Shown: in pieces, positions 1 through 8,916 of the stretch | How positions within the stretch are numbered: position 1 is the first letter of the stretch | Layout of the letters: every line of letters starts with the position of its first letter | Notes under the pieces: generated by a model | The model's database searches: none | Told to the model about the DNA's origin: nothing | The model's input: only the letters and a program-made list of their open reading frames with translations | Origin: Candidatus Saccharimonadota bacterium | GTDB taxonomy: Bacteria; Patescibacteriota; Saccharimonadia; Saccharimonadales; UBA4665 | NCBI GenBank assembly: GCA_016699935.1 | Contig: CP064992.1 | Coordinates: forward strand, 900,001-932,000 | Reading direction: 5' to 3' | DNA: 32,000 bases | Position numbers and translations under genes: made by a program

Positions 1-49
1 CTCCGCCGACAATACCAATGGTAGGTTTTTTTGCCGCTCCCTGTTCCAT
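1..49 (-). CDS. First 16 codons of an ATP-grasp purine-biosynthesis enzyme (PurK/PurT-like); the gene continues beyond the left edge
   Basis: The reverse strand from the ATG at 47-49 reads MEQGAAKKPTIGIVGG. This is the start of the IGIxGGGQLG-type N-terminus typical of PurK/PurT. The gene is divergent from purC. Only a very short part is visible. Confidence 0.3.
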   Translation of the reverse strand, partial: MEQGAAKKPTIGIVGG

Positions 50-141
50 TACTTACAGCATACAGGAAATATGGGGGTCGCACAATGGGCGTAAAAATGA
101 AAGTGGTATGACAAATAGTATATAGTGTATTGTCCGACGGA

Positions 142-468
142 TGGCAGTTCTCGGACTGCCAAGCCGACCAACTTTGGGCAGCCAAAGTTGGACAAAGCTG
201 CCGGGGAGAATGCAAACGACCGGCTTACTTGAAATTTCTTTTGACCTGTTTGGTTCCTGCGAAACTCCCCGCCTTTGGCGGGGTCAAACATTCTCGTCAC
301 GCATGCAGTCAAAAGAAATTTCAAATCAGTCGTTATGCATCCCCGGGTTTCAGCGACCCAACCCCGATTGCTTCGAAGTGAGCACTCACTGCAGACCGAT
401 AATTACGAAGTTGTAGAAGCCGACAACATTCTGGCCGGGAGCCTCCGCATGGCCCCCACTAGTTACAT
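142..468 (+). repeat. Family A structured repeat, copy 1 (candidate ~330-nt ncRNA or non-autonomous element)
   Basis: Aligns end to end with 14001-14327. The first ~125 nt are identical apart from one T indel, and the rest differs by scattered substitutions. It contains nested inverted repeats, including a perfect 17-bp pair (229-245 TTGAAATTTCTTTTGAC with 308-324). A copy-specific GC hairpin, CCCCGCCTTTGGCGGGG, lies at 267-283. The track ORFs over this region are not kept in frame between the two copies. Confidence 0.8.
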
Positions 469-632
469 CGCTAACGCGATAATAATTAGCGGCCTTACGG
501 CCGCACTCTTATCTCATATCTCTTAACTCTTAACTCTATCTTGACTCTTCTCTTGACTCTTACCCCCATTTGGCTCGTTGCAAGTTGATTGTTTCTTGAT
601 CTTGCACGTTGATCTTTCTTGATTCGTGCCTC

Positions 633-661
633 ATGACTCTTGCCAGGTTTTTCTGTATACT
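633..661 (+). promoter_or_regulatory. Putative sigma70-type promoter of purC with leaderless geometry
   Basis: ATGACT (633-638), a 17-nt spacer, then TATACT (656-661), followed by 6 nt and the purC ATG at 668. No Shine-Dalgarno sequence lies in between. Confidence 0.35.
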
Positions 662-667
662 GGAAGC

Positions 668-1623
668 ATGAAACATATTCTTGAGGGGACGGATTTCAAG
701 CTGCCGGGTTGCCAGGCGGTTTTACCATGGCAAAGTGCGCGATGTCTATGACTTTGGCGACCGGCTTATGCTGGTGGCCAGTGACCGCTATAGCGCATTT
801 GACCGGATATTGGCAGGGGTGCCCAACAAAGGTGCGCTACTAACGGCAACGAGCCAGTGGTGGTTCGAGCAGACCGCTTCGATAGTGCCAAATCACATCA
901 TTTCTTACCCTGACCCAAATGTGGCATATTGTAAAAATACGAAGTTATCCCGCTAGAAATGGTGGTGCGAGGCTATATAACGGAGTTACCAACACCTCTC
1001 TGTGGCACACCTATTCGAACGGACAGCGCGATTACGGCACCTTTCAGCTTCCTGACGGGCTAAAAAAGAATGATAAACTACCCGAGCCAGTGCTGACCCC
1101 AACTACCAAGTTTGAGATACATGACCGCAATCTTACTCCGGCCGAAGCACTTACAGAAGGGCTTTTGAAGGATGAAGTTTGGCAACGTGTTAGTGACTAT
1201 GCCCTGCAACTTTTTACTTTTGGCCAGAAGGTGTCCGAAGCCAAAGGGTTGCTGCTGGTCGACACTAAGTACGAGTTTGGTCTGACGCCACAAGGTGAGA
1301 TTATTCTAATAGATGAAATACACACGCAAGATTCATCGCGCTATTGGCTGACAGAAAGCTACCAACAGCGGATTGACGAGGGTGTCGAACCAGACAATTA
1401 CGACAAAGAATATCTGCGGTTATGGTTCAAGGAGCGTTTCGACCCTTATGCAGATACGCCTGCACCAGAAGTACCAGCCGAGATCATCGAAGAGTTGGAG
1501 CGCCGATACCGGTTTGTTTACGAAAGTTTGGCTGGCCAGGCGTTTGAAGAACCCGATACAACGGACATTGTGAAGCGGATTGAAGCAAATGTACTGCGTA
1601 CACTGGGACAACATGAGAGTTAA
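668..1623 (+). CDS. purC: SAICAR synthetase (phosphoribosylaminoimidazole-succinocarboxamide synthase), frame-disrupted as sequenced
   Basis: The ATG at 668 (MKHILEGTDFKLPG) joins ORFs 681-956 and 919-1623. PurC hallmarks present: GKVRDVYD, LMLVASDRYSAFD, LLLVDTKYEFG and ILIDEIHTQDSSRYW. The motif IPLEMVVRGYIT is readable only in the third frame at 947-985. Three 1-nt frame corrections are needed (about 700-715, 947 and 985). Confidence 0.85.
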
Positions 1624-1708
1624 GAGTTATGAGATAAGAGATAAGATTTGTGCTTCGCACAGCGTATTCCCTATCTTACTCCTTAACTCTTATCTCTTAA
1701 CTCTAACC
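1622..1708 (+). terminator. Long imperfect hairpin right after the purC stop (possible terminator or structured spacer)
   Basis: AAGAGTTATGAGATAAGAGATAAGAT (1622-1647) is roughly complementary to ATCTTACTCCTTAACTCTTATCTCTTAACTCT (1673-1704). The loop holds an inner hairpin TGTGC-TTC-GCACA. There is no clear U-tract. Confidence 0.3.
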
Positions 1709-1923
1709 GCTAAGGAGCATGCATGAGCTTGCAGCCACTAGATTTACCTACCCCAACTAAAGAAGGAGAAATGAAAAAAATTACCCATTACCCTGTCGCC
1801 TGTCACCATACATTTACCATTATCCATTAGCCATGAATCCCGGGCCAATAGTGACAGGTTAATTGCGTATATTAGGCCACAGGCCACAGGTTACAAGCCA
1901 ATCTTCCCGGAGGGGAGCTTCTC

Positions 1924-3347
1924 ATGACTCTGCAACCACTAGATTTACCCACCCCAACTGACGACAACCGTTTCAATGCGGTTGATCCGCTCGATGGCCG
2001 CTATTACGACCCAGAGATTGCCAAATATCTTTCGGAACGGACTCGCATACTTACTCAGGCGCATAGAAGCTGCCCTGGCTTACGGCTTGGCGGAGTTTGG
2101 CCTTTGTAGCCAGGAAGTTGCCCAGCAGATAGATGCTGCCAGTCGCAAGATTCGTGGAAGATGTCGCAGAAGAAGAAAAGACTACGCGCCACGACGTAAA
2201 AGCCATCGTCAACACCATCAAAAAAAGATCTGCCAGAAACTGCCCAGCCCTATGTACATTTTGGCGCCACGTCTTATGATATAGTCTCGACAGCTATGAG
2301 TTTGCAGCTGCGAACCGCCGTGCACGATCTGCTTTTGCCTCGTTTGCAAGCTTTGCAAAAAACATTGGCCGAACTGGCCGAACGCTACGCCGACACTGTG
2401 CAAATAGGTCGAACTCACGGTCAACACGCCGTGCCAATCACTTTCGGTTATTTTCTAGCAACCTATGTGCAGCGTTTGGGTGAAAGCACTCGTTCGCTTG
2501 AGGTTTTGAGCGCTAAACTAAAAGGTAAATTCTCTGGGGCGGTTGGCACCTACAATGCCATCTCTGTTTTTGTGGACGACCCACTGGCGTTTGAAAAAAC
2601 CGTACTTGGCTATGTCGGCCTCGAACCAGCGCCAGCTGCCACACAGATTGTCCCGGCCGAAGGCTACATACGCTTGCTCGACGAGCTGGCCATTTCTGCT
2701 GGTGTCATGGCGAACCTATCGCACGACATGCGCAATTTGCAGCGCAGTGAGATTGGCGAAGTGCGTGAGAAGTTCGAGGAAGGCCAAACTGGCTCAAGTA
2801 CCATGGCGCACAAGCGTAACCCCTGGAATTTTGAAAACATCATCGGCATGTGGAAGCAAGTGACAGCGCAGATGGTCAATGCCAACCTAAACATATCGAG
2901 TGAACACCAGCGCGACCTGACCGATTCGTCCTCGGCCCGTTTCTACACAACGTCTTTTGCGCTCGTTGCCTCGATGGCGAAGCGTTTGAACGAGGTCATG
3001 AGCAAGATTGAAGTCGACGAAGAAGCCATGCAGTGCAACTTGTACCTGACGAAAGGTGCCATTGCCGCCGAACCGCTTTACCTGTTGCTCGAAAAGTACG
3101 GCCACACGACGGCGCATGAAGCATCCAAGGCGCTGGCTCACGAAGCAATGGAACGAAACGTCTCTCTGTATGAGGTAGCATCCCAGGCGGAATCGATCGC
3201 TCCCTACTGGTCCAAATTCACCGACGCCGAACGTGACCTAATCCGCTCCCCGAAACCCACTACACCGGTTTGGCCTCCCAGAAGGTCCACGAAGTTGTAA
3301 TAGAACAGCTAGAGTTTGACAATTATACAAATAGTAGTATAGTATAG
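1924..3347 (+). CDS. purB: Adenylosuccinate lyase, frame-disrupted as sequenced
   Basis: ORFs 1924-2109, 1976-2284 and 2296-3300, plus a shifted tail ending at TAG 3345-3347, concatenate to a PurB-type lyase. Motifs: PLDGRY, TRHDVKAIV, HFGATSYDIV, GRTHGQHAVP, the signature GSSTMAHKRNP, and a C-terminal ETHYTGLA. Four frame corrections are needed, one of them in the A7 tract at 2220-2226. Confidence 0.85.
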
Positions 3348-3352
3348 ATCAT

Positions 3353-3867
3353 ATGAGAAAACGTATTTTAACCTCAGCCGTTCTGTCTGTCGGGTTACTT
3401 TTGGGAGGCTGTAGCGAAACAAATCCAGAAACAAGGGTGACAGCTCAGCAACTTAAAGATAATGGATGCAAATCTGGAGAAAAATATCGTGTTGCCGGTA
3501 ATGTGGCGTTGCTAGGCAAAAATCGGAATGGATACCTTATCCAACAGTTGTGCCTGTCACAAAGTTGAATCGTATTATGATAGTGCGTCAAATACTACAA
3601 AAATGCGTACGGTCACAAGTACCGAGGTAAGGATTTCTATCACAGATGGTTGTCACTACTTACGATTTGCGCGGAGATGATGCAACTGATGCGGGTATCC
3701 GCGTCAAGGAAAAGGAGGGCGGATTATACGTACCGAATCTTCCGGTTGTTCCGGCATTTGATAGTACTCATACGGATAGTGTCGATGTCATCGGAGTCGC
3801 TACTCAAGACATGGCAAGGGGCCGCATTATCGCAGCCAATAGCATAGTCTCATCCGACTCGGAGTAG
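3353..3867 (+). CDS. Putative lipoprotein (fragments 3353-3568 and 3646-3867 probably belong to one gene)
   Basis: The N-terminus MRKRILTSAVLSVGLLLGGC has a signal peptide plus a lipobox Cys. The gap between the fragments is open in the other frames (…VESYYDSASNTTKMRTVTSTEVRISITDG…). Upstream lie TTGACA (3316-3321) and TATAGT (3338-3343). No recognisable domain. Confidence 0.5.
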
Positions 3868-4048
3868 TTCTACTTACGTTGCCCAATTTATCAGATCGCT
3901 ACAACTTCGAACGGTTGTATGAGCATATACGTGGAGCGTAATGTGCGAGTAAAGATAACTTCAGTCTGCTTTGTCAGGCTGGGCTATGTCAACTGTTACA
4001 ATAGCGAGTAGCGGTGGGTATTTATAGTTGCAATACTACTGGATAATG

Positions 4049-4077
4049 TTGAAAATATACTGTTCAATGTGTATAAT
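4049..4077 (+). promoter_or_regulatory. Near-consensus promoter with leaderless geometry for the Zn-ribbon gene
   Basis: TTGAAA (4049-4054), a 17-nt spacer, then TATAAT (4072-4077), followed by 6 nt and the ATG at 4084. Confidence 0.5.
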
Positions 4078-4083
4078 TCTAAT

Positions 4084-4467
4084 ATGGAATTTCCATCAGT
4101 AAAATTTAAACCCAGACGCGATAGTTACAGTCGAACTCGAGGTGGAAAATCTACTATACTGTACTTGTCTTGTAGTAACTGCAAAGAGCCAACGCTTGTT
4201 TACCAGAAAGATGGTCCGGGCAAGTTACTACGCTGTTATGCTGATCGTATACTTTGGCCTCCTGATTTGGTAGATAGGCTCGATGCGATTACTCCCGAGA
4301 CAATAAAAACAGTTGGGGTAATTGCCTGCGAAGGATGTATGCAGGTTATCGGAACCCCAACTGTCTATAGGCGAGAAGATCGTTCGGCATTTAGGGTTAT
4401 GCCGGGCTCCCTATACTCAGATGCTTCAATCGAGAGCGCTAAAGCTCGTTCAGTTGGCGAGACCTAA
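4084..4467 (+). CDS. Hypothetical Zn-ribbon protein (two CxxC pairs)
   Basis: ORF 4069-4467. The in-frame ATG at 4084 fits the promoter geometry. CSNC and CEGC pairs lie ~50 residues apart. I recognise no family. The 3' end overlaps the convergent kinase-like gene by 29 nt. Confidence 0.5.
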   Translation: MEFPSVKFKPRRDSYSRTRGGKSTILYLSCSNCKEPTLVYQKDGPGKLLRCYADRILWPPDLVDRLDAITPETIKTVGVIACEGCMQVIGTPTVYRREDRSAFRVMPGSLYSDASIESAKARSVGET

Positions 4468-5103
4468 CAGCATTGACCACTGATAAAATGTCATGTGCAG
4501 TGTCATGAGTGGCGTCTTGGGCATTTACGATGGTTATGTCAATATGCGGATCCATATAATCAGCCATAATAAGGGATGAAAGCTCTCGAAGCCCCTCCTC
4601 CATCCTCTGACTATGGTTTCTGCCAGCTATAGTTAGGCGGGATTTCCAAGCTTCGATCGAACACGGTCGAAGATAAATTTTCAGCAAATCGTAGGCTGGG
4701 CTTTGTAGAGCAGGTACACTTTTTAATGGAAAATCAAGTATCGGAACCAACCCCTGTTTCATGGGGCATAGAATTCCTTCAAAAGGAGTACCATATCTAA
4801 CACCATAGAGCCTATTAACGGTGACAAACGAACCATCTCTCTCTCTCTTCGATCGAACTCTGCTTCCGTCACGCTATCTTTATCTTTTTCTCCAGGGCGT
4901 AACTCTCGGGTGGTTACTGGTCGTACGTATTGGAATTGGGTCGTCCTACTTTGCTCTTGCATCGCTGCAATAACAGCCGATTTGCCGATTGCAGAGGGGC
5001 CGAGCAGTAATACGAATAATCGGTCAGGCCGGATATGACGCTGCTCTATCTCTTTGATTTGCTGCTCACGGACTTCAAAATTTGTACTACAATGATCAGT
5101 CAT
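4439..5103 (-). CDS. Guanylate-kinase-fold nucleoside-monophosphate kinase-like protein, frame-disrupted
   Basis: Motifs: P-loop LLLGPSAIGKS, VTTRELRPGEKD and, after one frame correction, DGSFVTVNRLYGVRYGTPFEG. The correction falls at the (CT)7 tract at 4836-4849. The ATG at 5101-5103 overlaps the stop of the upstream gene (AATGACTGA). Joins ORFs 4759-5184 and 4439-4762. Confidence 0.65.
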
Positions 5104-6004
5104 TAAAAGCAGCCTTAGCGAGTTCGATTGCAGTTCGAAGTTCATCGAAACTACGACGACTTGCGTCTTGCATAGTTTCTTCATCCCTTTTTTTGGGGTA
5201 TAAGATTGCCCTTGAAGCGCTTATCATAACGCCGTAGCCATGGCCATCCAAGCAAAGGGGTAAACTCCGCTCCAGACTACCACCCTGAGTACCGCCTCCG
5301 GCTAAAAGTATTGGTGTCTCATCTCCGATAGTATCTCGAATGTCTCGCAGGTTTTCTGGATGAGTTGCGCTGAGTACAGGTAAAATGTTTCCGTTTGTAT
5401 TCCATGTTGTCATACCTTCGCGCAATAGATGTCGCCATAGTGGTTGGCCATCAAATAGCTTAAGATCTTGTACCTCGCTGGCTGAAGGGTTAGAGGTATT
5501 GATGCATAGTACGACTAGTTTATTTTTCCACTCCGTGAACGGCTTAATAGCGTCCAAACCCATATAAGGATTGAGAAGGACGCCGTCTGCGTCAAGATTA
5601 CCAAAAATCTCGTCTGCAATAGCATTTGCCGTATGTCCGACATCCGCAAACTTTCCATCGCATATACGAACGACGTCAGGGTAGCTTTGTTTGAGGTAAG
5701 CAAATGTGTTAGCGAGTGCTTCTCGCCCGGCGCTTCCCTGAAAGAAATTTGAATTCACTTTATAATCTACGGCACTTGCGGCGGTTGCATCAATTATACG
5801 TTCATTAAACAAGGTTATGCCATCGCTCAAATGACCCTTGCCCCCCACTTCTTCCCATATTTCTTCTGGGATTTTACCCACTACAGGGTCTATGCCGACC
5901 CCGGCCATTGAATCAACTGATAACCATCTACGAATGATCTTTTCGATTCCGGGTGCTGCTGGTTGGTAGGGGTATAATTCTGGCATATGCTGTCTATTCA
6001 CCAT
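5096..6004 (-). CDS. OMP-decarboxylase family protein (type 2), paralog of the canonical pyrF at 11359
   Basis: Intact ORF. Motifs: VGIDP, YKVNSNFF, CDGKFADVGHT (the D-x-K-x-x-D catalytic motif), NPYMGLD, NTSNP and LAGGGTQGG. The likely start, ATG at 6002-6004, overlaps the upstream stop (GATGGTGAATAG). Confidence 0.7.
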   Translation of the reverse strand: MVNRQHMPELYPYQPAAPGIEKIIRRWLSVDSMAGVGIDPVVGKIPEEIWEEVGGKGHLSDGITLFNERIIDATAASAVDYKVNSNFFQGSAGREALANTFAYLKQSYPDVVRICDGKFADVGHTANAIADEIFGNLDADGVLLNPYMGLDAIKPFTEWKNKLVVLCINTSNPSASEVQDLKLFDGQPLWRHLLREGMTTWNTNGNILPVLSATHPENLRDIRDTIGDETPILLAGGGTQGGSLERSLPLCLDGHGYGVMISASRAILYPKKRDEETMQDASRRSFDELRTAIELAKAAFND

Positions 6005-7247
6005 CTGTAGCAAACTTTTCCCATGACGCATCGTTGTATAGCTCATGTCTGTGTTTTGCGGCAACGTGTTCACCTGCTCCACGTGAAGATGTCGTACCGG
6101 TAGGCCGTCTTACAACATTTATACCGCTCGATGCGATGCCACGTGCTTTACTTACATTGTCGGTTTGAAGGCTTATTCTCTCAATTCCAAGCGCGGTGAG
6201 AATCCTGCCCGCACCGGTATATGTCCTAATATCAAATGTATCCCCCAACAGTCTCTGCGCAGCAACTAATGTGTCGACTTTTTTTGGATTAGCCTTATTT
6301 GTTGCAACCGGGGTACCATTTTTATAGCCTTCAGTTTCCATTTTTGTAGCAGATCCGTAGCCCCTACCATCCTGTGCGGGAATATGGAGTATTATGCCCT
6401 CATCTTTATTAATGATCTGGCCCAGAGCAGTGTGGAGCTGTTCGCGACAATCACAGCCACGATCATCATATATCTGCCCGATATCGCAACCTGAGTCTAC
6501 TCTGACAATAAGGTCTTTTTTTGCCACTCTAACAATTGGTTTTGGTGAGAATAGTTCGTAAAATTTCCATGTGTCATCTGGTACGACTAGCCCATACGCG
6601 TAGACTGGGTGGCCGTTAAAAACAAATTTTTTTGCGTATACAGTTTCATAAATATCTGAGTCAGGGGGGTCCCTTTCGAGCGCGGCTAAAGCACTTATCT
6701 TTATATGCGCTTCGGGCTCTCGTAGTCCGATTGCGGTGACTAATCGATTGACCTCTTCCATCGTGTCGCCGTTCAATCCACTAGGACTTACTACCTGTGG
6801 GTAATAGGCCATGCCGGAAGAACAAGGACGTACCAAAACATGTTTTTTACCTCCACCAAATTGGCCCATGACACTTTCGTAGTTTGCATGGCCTGGGAGA
6901 GCTAGTTTATGACCCGCTTCATCTACTTCCAGTATTGTAACTGGGATATTCTGAGGATCTTCGTTGACTTCTTCAGGGTGCGTATTTACATAGATTATCT
7001 GAGAATATCGGTGCGAACCATCACTATCTATTGTCTCAACAGGTGACATCCATGCTGCCCCGCCGTCTACATCAAGGGGCCCGCCTAAAAATTGAGTAAC
7101 CATGCTGCTGGGATTGTTTCCTACGGTTTGGAGTAGGATAAGTTGCTCTAATGCTGAACGGTATCTTTCGCTTATTCGAGGCGCGCCCGCAGCACTAAAC
7201 CGCTCATATACTGATGGTGCTAATCCTGGTAAGAATACTTCACTCAT
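5994..7247 (-). CDS. GTP cyclohydrolase II-like protein with a long N-terminal domain (URC1-type architecture)
   Basis: Intact 417-aa ORF. The C-terminal ~170 aa match the RibA core: VRVDSGCDIGQIYDDRGCDC (a C-x10-C-x-C zinc triad), IPAQDGRGYG, FDIRTYTGAGRILTALGI and LQTDN. A ~240-aa N-terminal extension is present, as in URC1-like homologs. Confidence 0.7.
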   Translation of the reverse strand: MSEVFLPGLAPSVYERFSAAGAPRISERYRSALEQLILLQTVGNNPSSMVTQFLGGPLDVDGGAAWMSPVETIDSDGSHRYSQIIYVNTHPEEVNEDPQNIPVTILEVDEAGHKLALPGHANYESVMGQFGGGKKHVLVRPCSSGMAYYPQVVSPSGLNGDTMEEVNRLVTAIGLREPEAHIKISALAALERDPPDSDIYETVYAKKFVFNGHPVYAYGLVVPDDTWKFYELFSPKPIVRVAKKDLIVRVDSGCDIGQIYDDRGCDCREQLHTALGQIINKDEGIILHIPAQDGRGYGSATKMETEGYKNGTPVATNKANPKKVDTLVAAQRLLGDTFDIRTYTGAGRILTALGIERISLQTDNVSKARGIASSGINVVRRPTGTTSSRGAGEHVAAKHRHELYNDASWEKFATDGE

Positions 7248-7253
7248 ATTTAT

Positions 7254-7282
7254 ATGATAGCATAATAACGTAAATTATTCAA
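7254..7282 (-). promoter_or_regulatory. Internal promoter with leaderless geometry for the GTP-cyclohydrolase-II-like gene
   Basis: The minus strand reads TTGAAT (7282-7277), a 17-nt spacer, then TATCAT (7259-7254), followed by 6 nt (ATAAAT) and the ATG at 7247. Confidence 0.45.
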
Positions 7283-7299
7283 GTATTAGAAAATTATTA

Positions 7300-7932
7300 T
7301 CAAATAGCGTGGTTGTCATTAAATAACTTCACTATATTAACCTCATCACTATTGTGTAGATGACATGAGTCTAGAAAATGATAGTACATTCCTGCCGGTA
7401 AGCCAAGTCGTTTGGCAAGGTATGATTGTAGTGATACGAATTCGAGTAGATTCAGGAGAAGCTTATTGTAGGCATCCGAGGAATGGGCATGCACATGCAT
7501 CTCTAGCTTTCCATACCTGATACGCCCCCAAATAATTTGTGTGCAAGGTGAAATTTTCATATCTTGGTCAATCATTTTGTCCCATAGCGAAATTTGCGAC
7601 GCTCCTGTTGGGTATTCCGAATCCAGTGATCGTAAAAGTATTCAATTTGAGAATTTGGTTCATCAAACATGCGGTGGTGATATAGCTTTGTCCACTCATG
7701 CGTAACGAGAGACTCATTCTCGCCCGAATATATATAGTCGTTGATAATATCGAGATCCGTTTGACTCATTGGGAATCTTTTATCGGCTGGGATAACATCA
7801 GGATTATCAATCTGAATGCAAACTATTTCGTCACGCAGGTATTTACTGTTGCCTGTGTTTTCCTGTGGAGTACAGAGCTGTTAACGTATCAAACCAAGCC
7901 TGGTTAACATCGTTAGCAATAATTTGGAGCAT
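7300..7932 (-). CDS. Short thymidylate-synthase (ThyA) fold protein, frame-disrupted
   Basis: The ATG at 7930-7932 has the SD GGAAGGG. MLQIIANDVNQAWFDTLTALYSTG joins, after a shift near 7857-7860, to …ENTGNSKYLRDEIV…. This then joins ORFs 7572-7769 and 7300-7575. ThyA-like blocks: SQIEYFYDHW..RR, ISPC (the catalytic Cys context), HAHSSDAY, LLLNLLEF and FLDSCHLHNSD. Total length is ~210 aa, like short archaeal-type ThyA. Confidence 0.55.
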
Positions 7933-8017
7933 AATTATCCCTTCCAGCGCAGTATACATGATAACTGAGTATGAACGAAGTATTCTTGGGCGTTAGAATC
8001 TTGCGCCCGAAAGCGCC

Positions 8018-8916
8018 TTATATTTCCTTTTCTAGTATTTTATAAGTAGTGGCTGTGAGCACGCCTGCGCCGAGGGCTTGGGTGAGGGTGAGGCCTTGGG
8101 AGAGGAAGAGCCAGCCGATGAGGACGGCGCTGAGGGGCCAGGCTAGTTCTAGAACTGCCGCGCGGCTGGCGGCGACACGCTGGAGGCCGTAGTAATAGAT
8201 CAGCAGCGCCACTAGGCCAGTGCTACAGGTTATGGCTAGTAGGTAGAAAAACTGTGTTTGGGTGATTTGGCTGACTGCCCCGGCCGAGTGTGATGCGCCT
8301 ATGAAAAGAAGCGAAATTATGGCCGTCAAACCAAACCTGGCGGCAGTGACGTGCGGATACGAGGTGCCTTTCAGGGCGTATTTGGAAAAAGCGGTGCCTA
8401 TACCCCAGCAAGCAGCCGCCCCGACGGCGAACATTGCGGCTTTGAGTGTGCCCTGCCCTGTTGCTAGATTTACGTGAAGGTTCGGGAATGATACCAGGTA
8501 GGCACCGGCTAGTGCCAGCACTGTCAGTCAAGGAATCGAGCCGTTAATCTTTCACGCAACAGCAGTGTCGCGGTGGCGATAGCGAAAACGGGATTGAGCT
8601 GCTGCAGCAGAACTACCACCGAAAAATTGATGAAATTGATCTGCCCAAGCGCAGCTGTGTAAAGAGATGGTGCCAAGTGCACCGGATAGCAGCGCCACCA
8701 GCCCCATCGCCCACCACTGCTTGCGGGTGAGCTCACGGAACTTTGAGCGTGTCGACCACAAAAATGGCACCAGGAAGACGATGCCCAGTATATGCTCGTA
8801 GAAAACAATCACCGATGGCGGCAAGGTGTAGAGATGTCTCCGCAACAAGCCATCGACACTCCATAGTAGCGCGGCGATAACTACAGCCAACGCCCCCGCA
8901 TGTGCGAATTTTTCAT
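8018..8916 (-). CDS. EamA/DMT-family transporter, frame-disrupted
   Basis: ORFs 8552-8890, 8524-8808 and 8018-8521 concatenate to a ~10-TM hydrophobic protein with the duplicated EamA pattern (AALLWS…, AACWG…). The ATG at 8914-8916 has the SD AAAGGGA. One shift lies in the C5 tract at 8892-8896. Confidence 0.7.

Noticed and set aside
130-416. Track ORFs of 83-147 aa over both family A copies (130-381, 141-416, 13909-14352, 14034-14240), with partly identical peptides.
   Set aside because: Indels between the copies break the frames. There is no SD or start context. The shared peptide only reflects nucleotide identity. The region is dominated by inverted repeats.
505-1708. A CRISPR-like reading of the repeated TCTCTTAACTCT / CTTGACTCT words.
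   Set aside because: The repeats are 7-12 nt long, irregularly spaced, lack unique spacers of uniform length and have no cas genes nearby. They form a low-complexity repeat array, not a CRISPR array.
1771-1830. The 19-codon ORF MKKITHYPVACHHTFTIIH, with the GAAGGAG sequence upstream, as a His-rich attenuation leader peptide for purB.
   Set aside because: The SD-to-ATG spacing is only ~2 nt, no alternative terminator/antiterminator pairing is evident, and purine operons are not known to use His-codon attenuation. It is kept only as part of the duplication finding.
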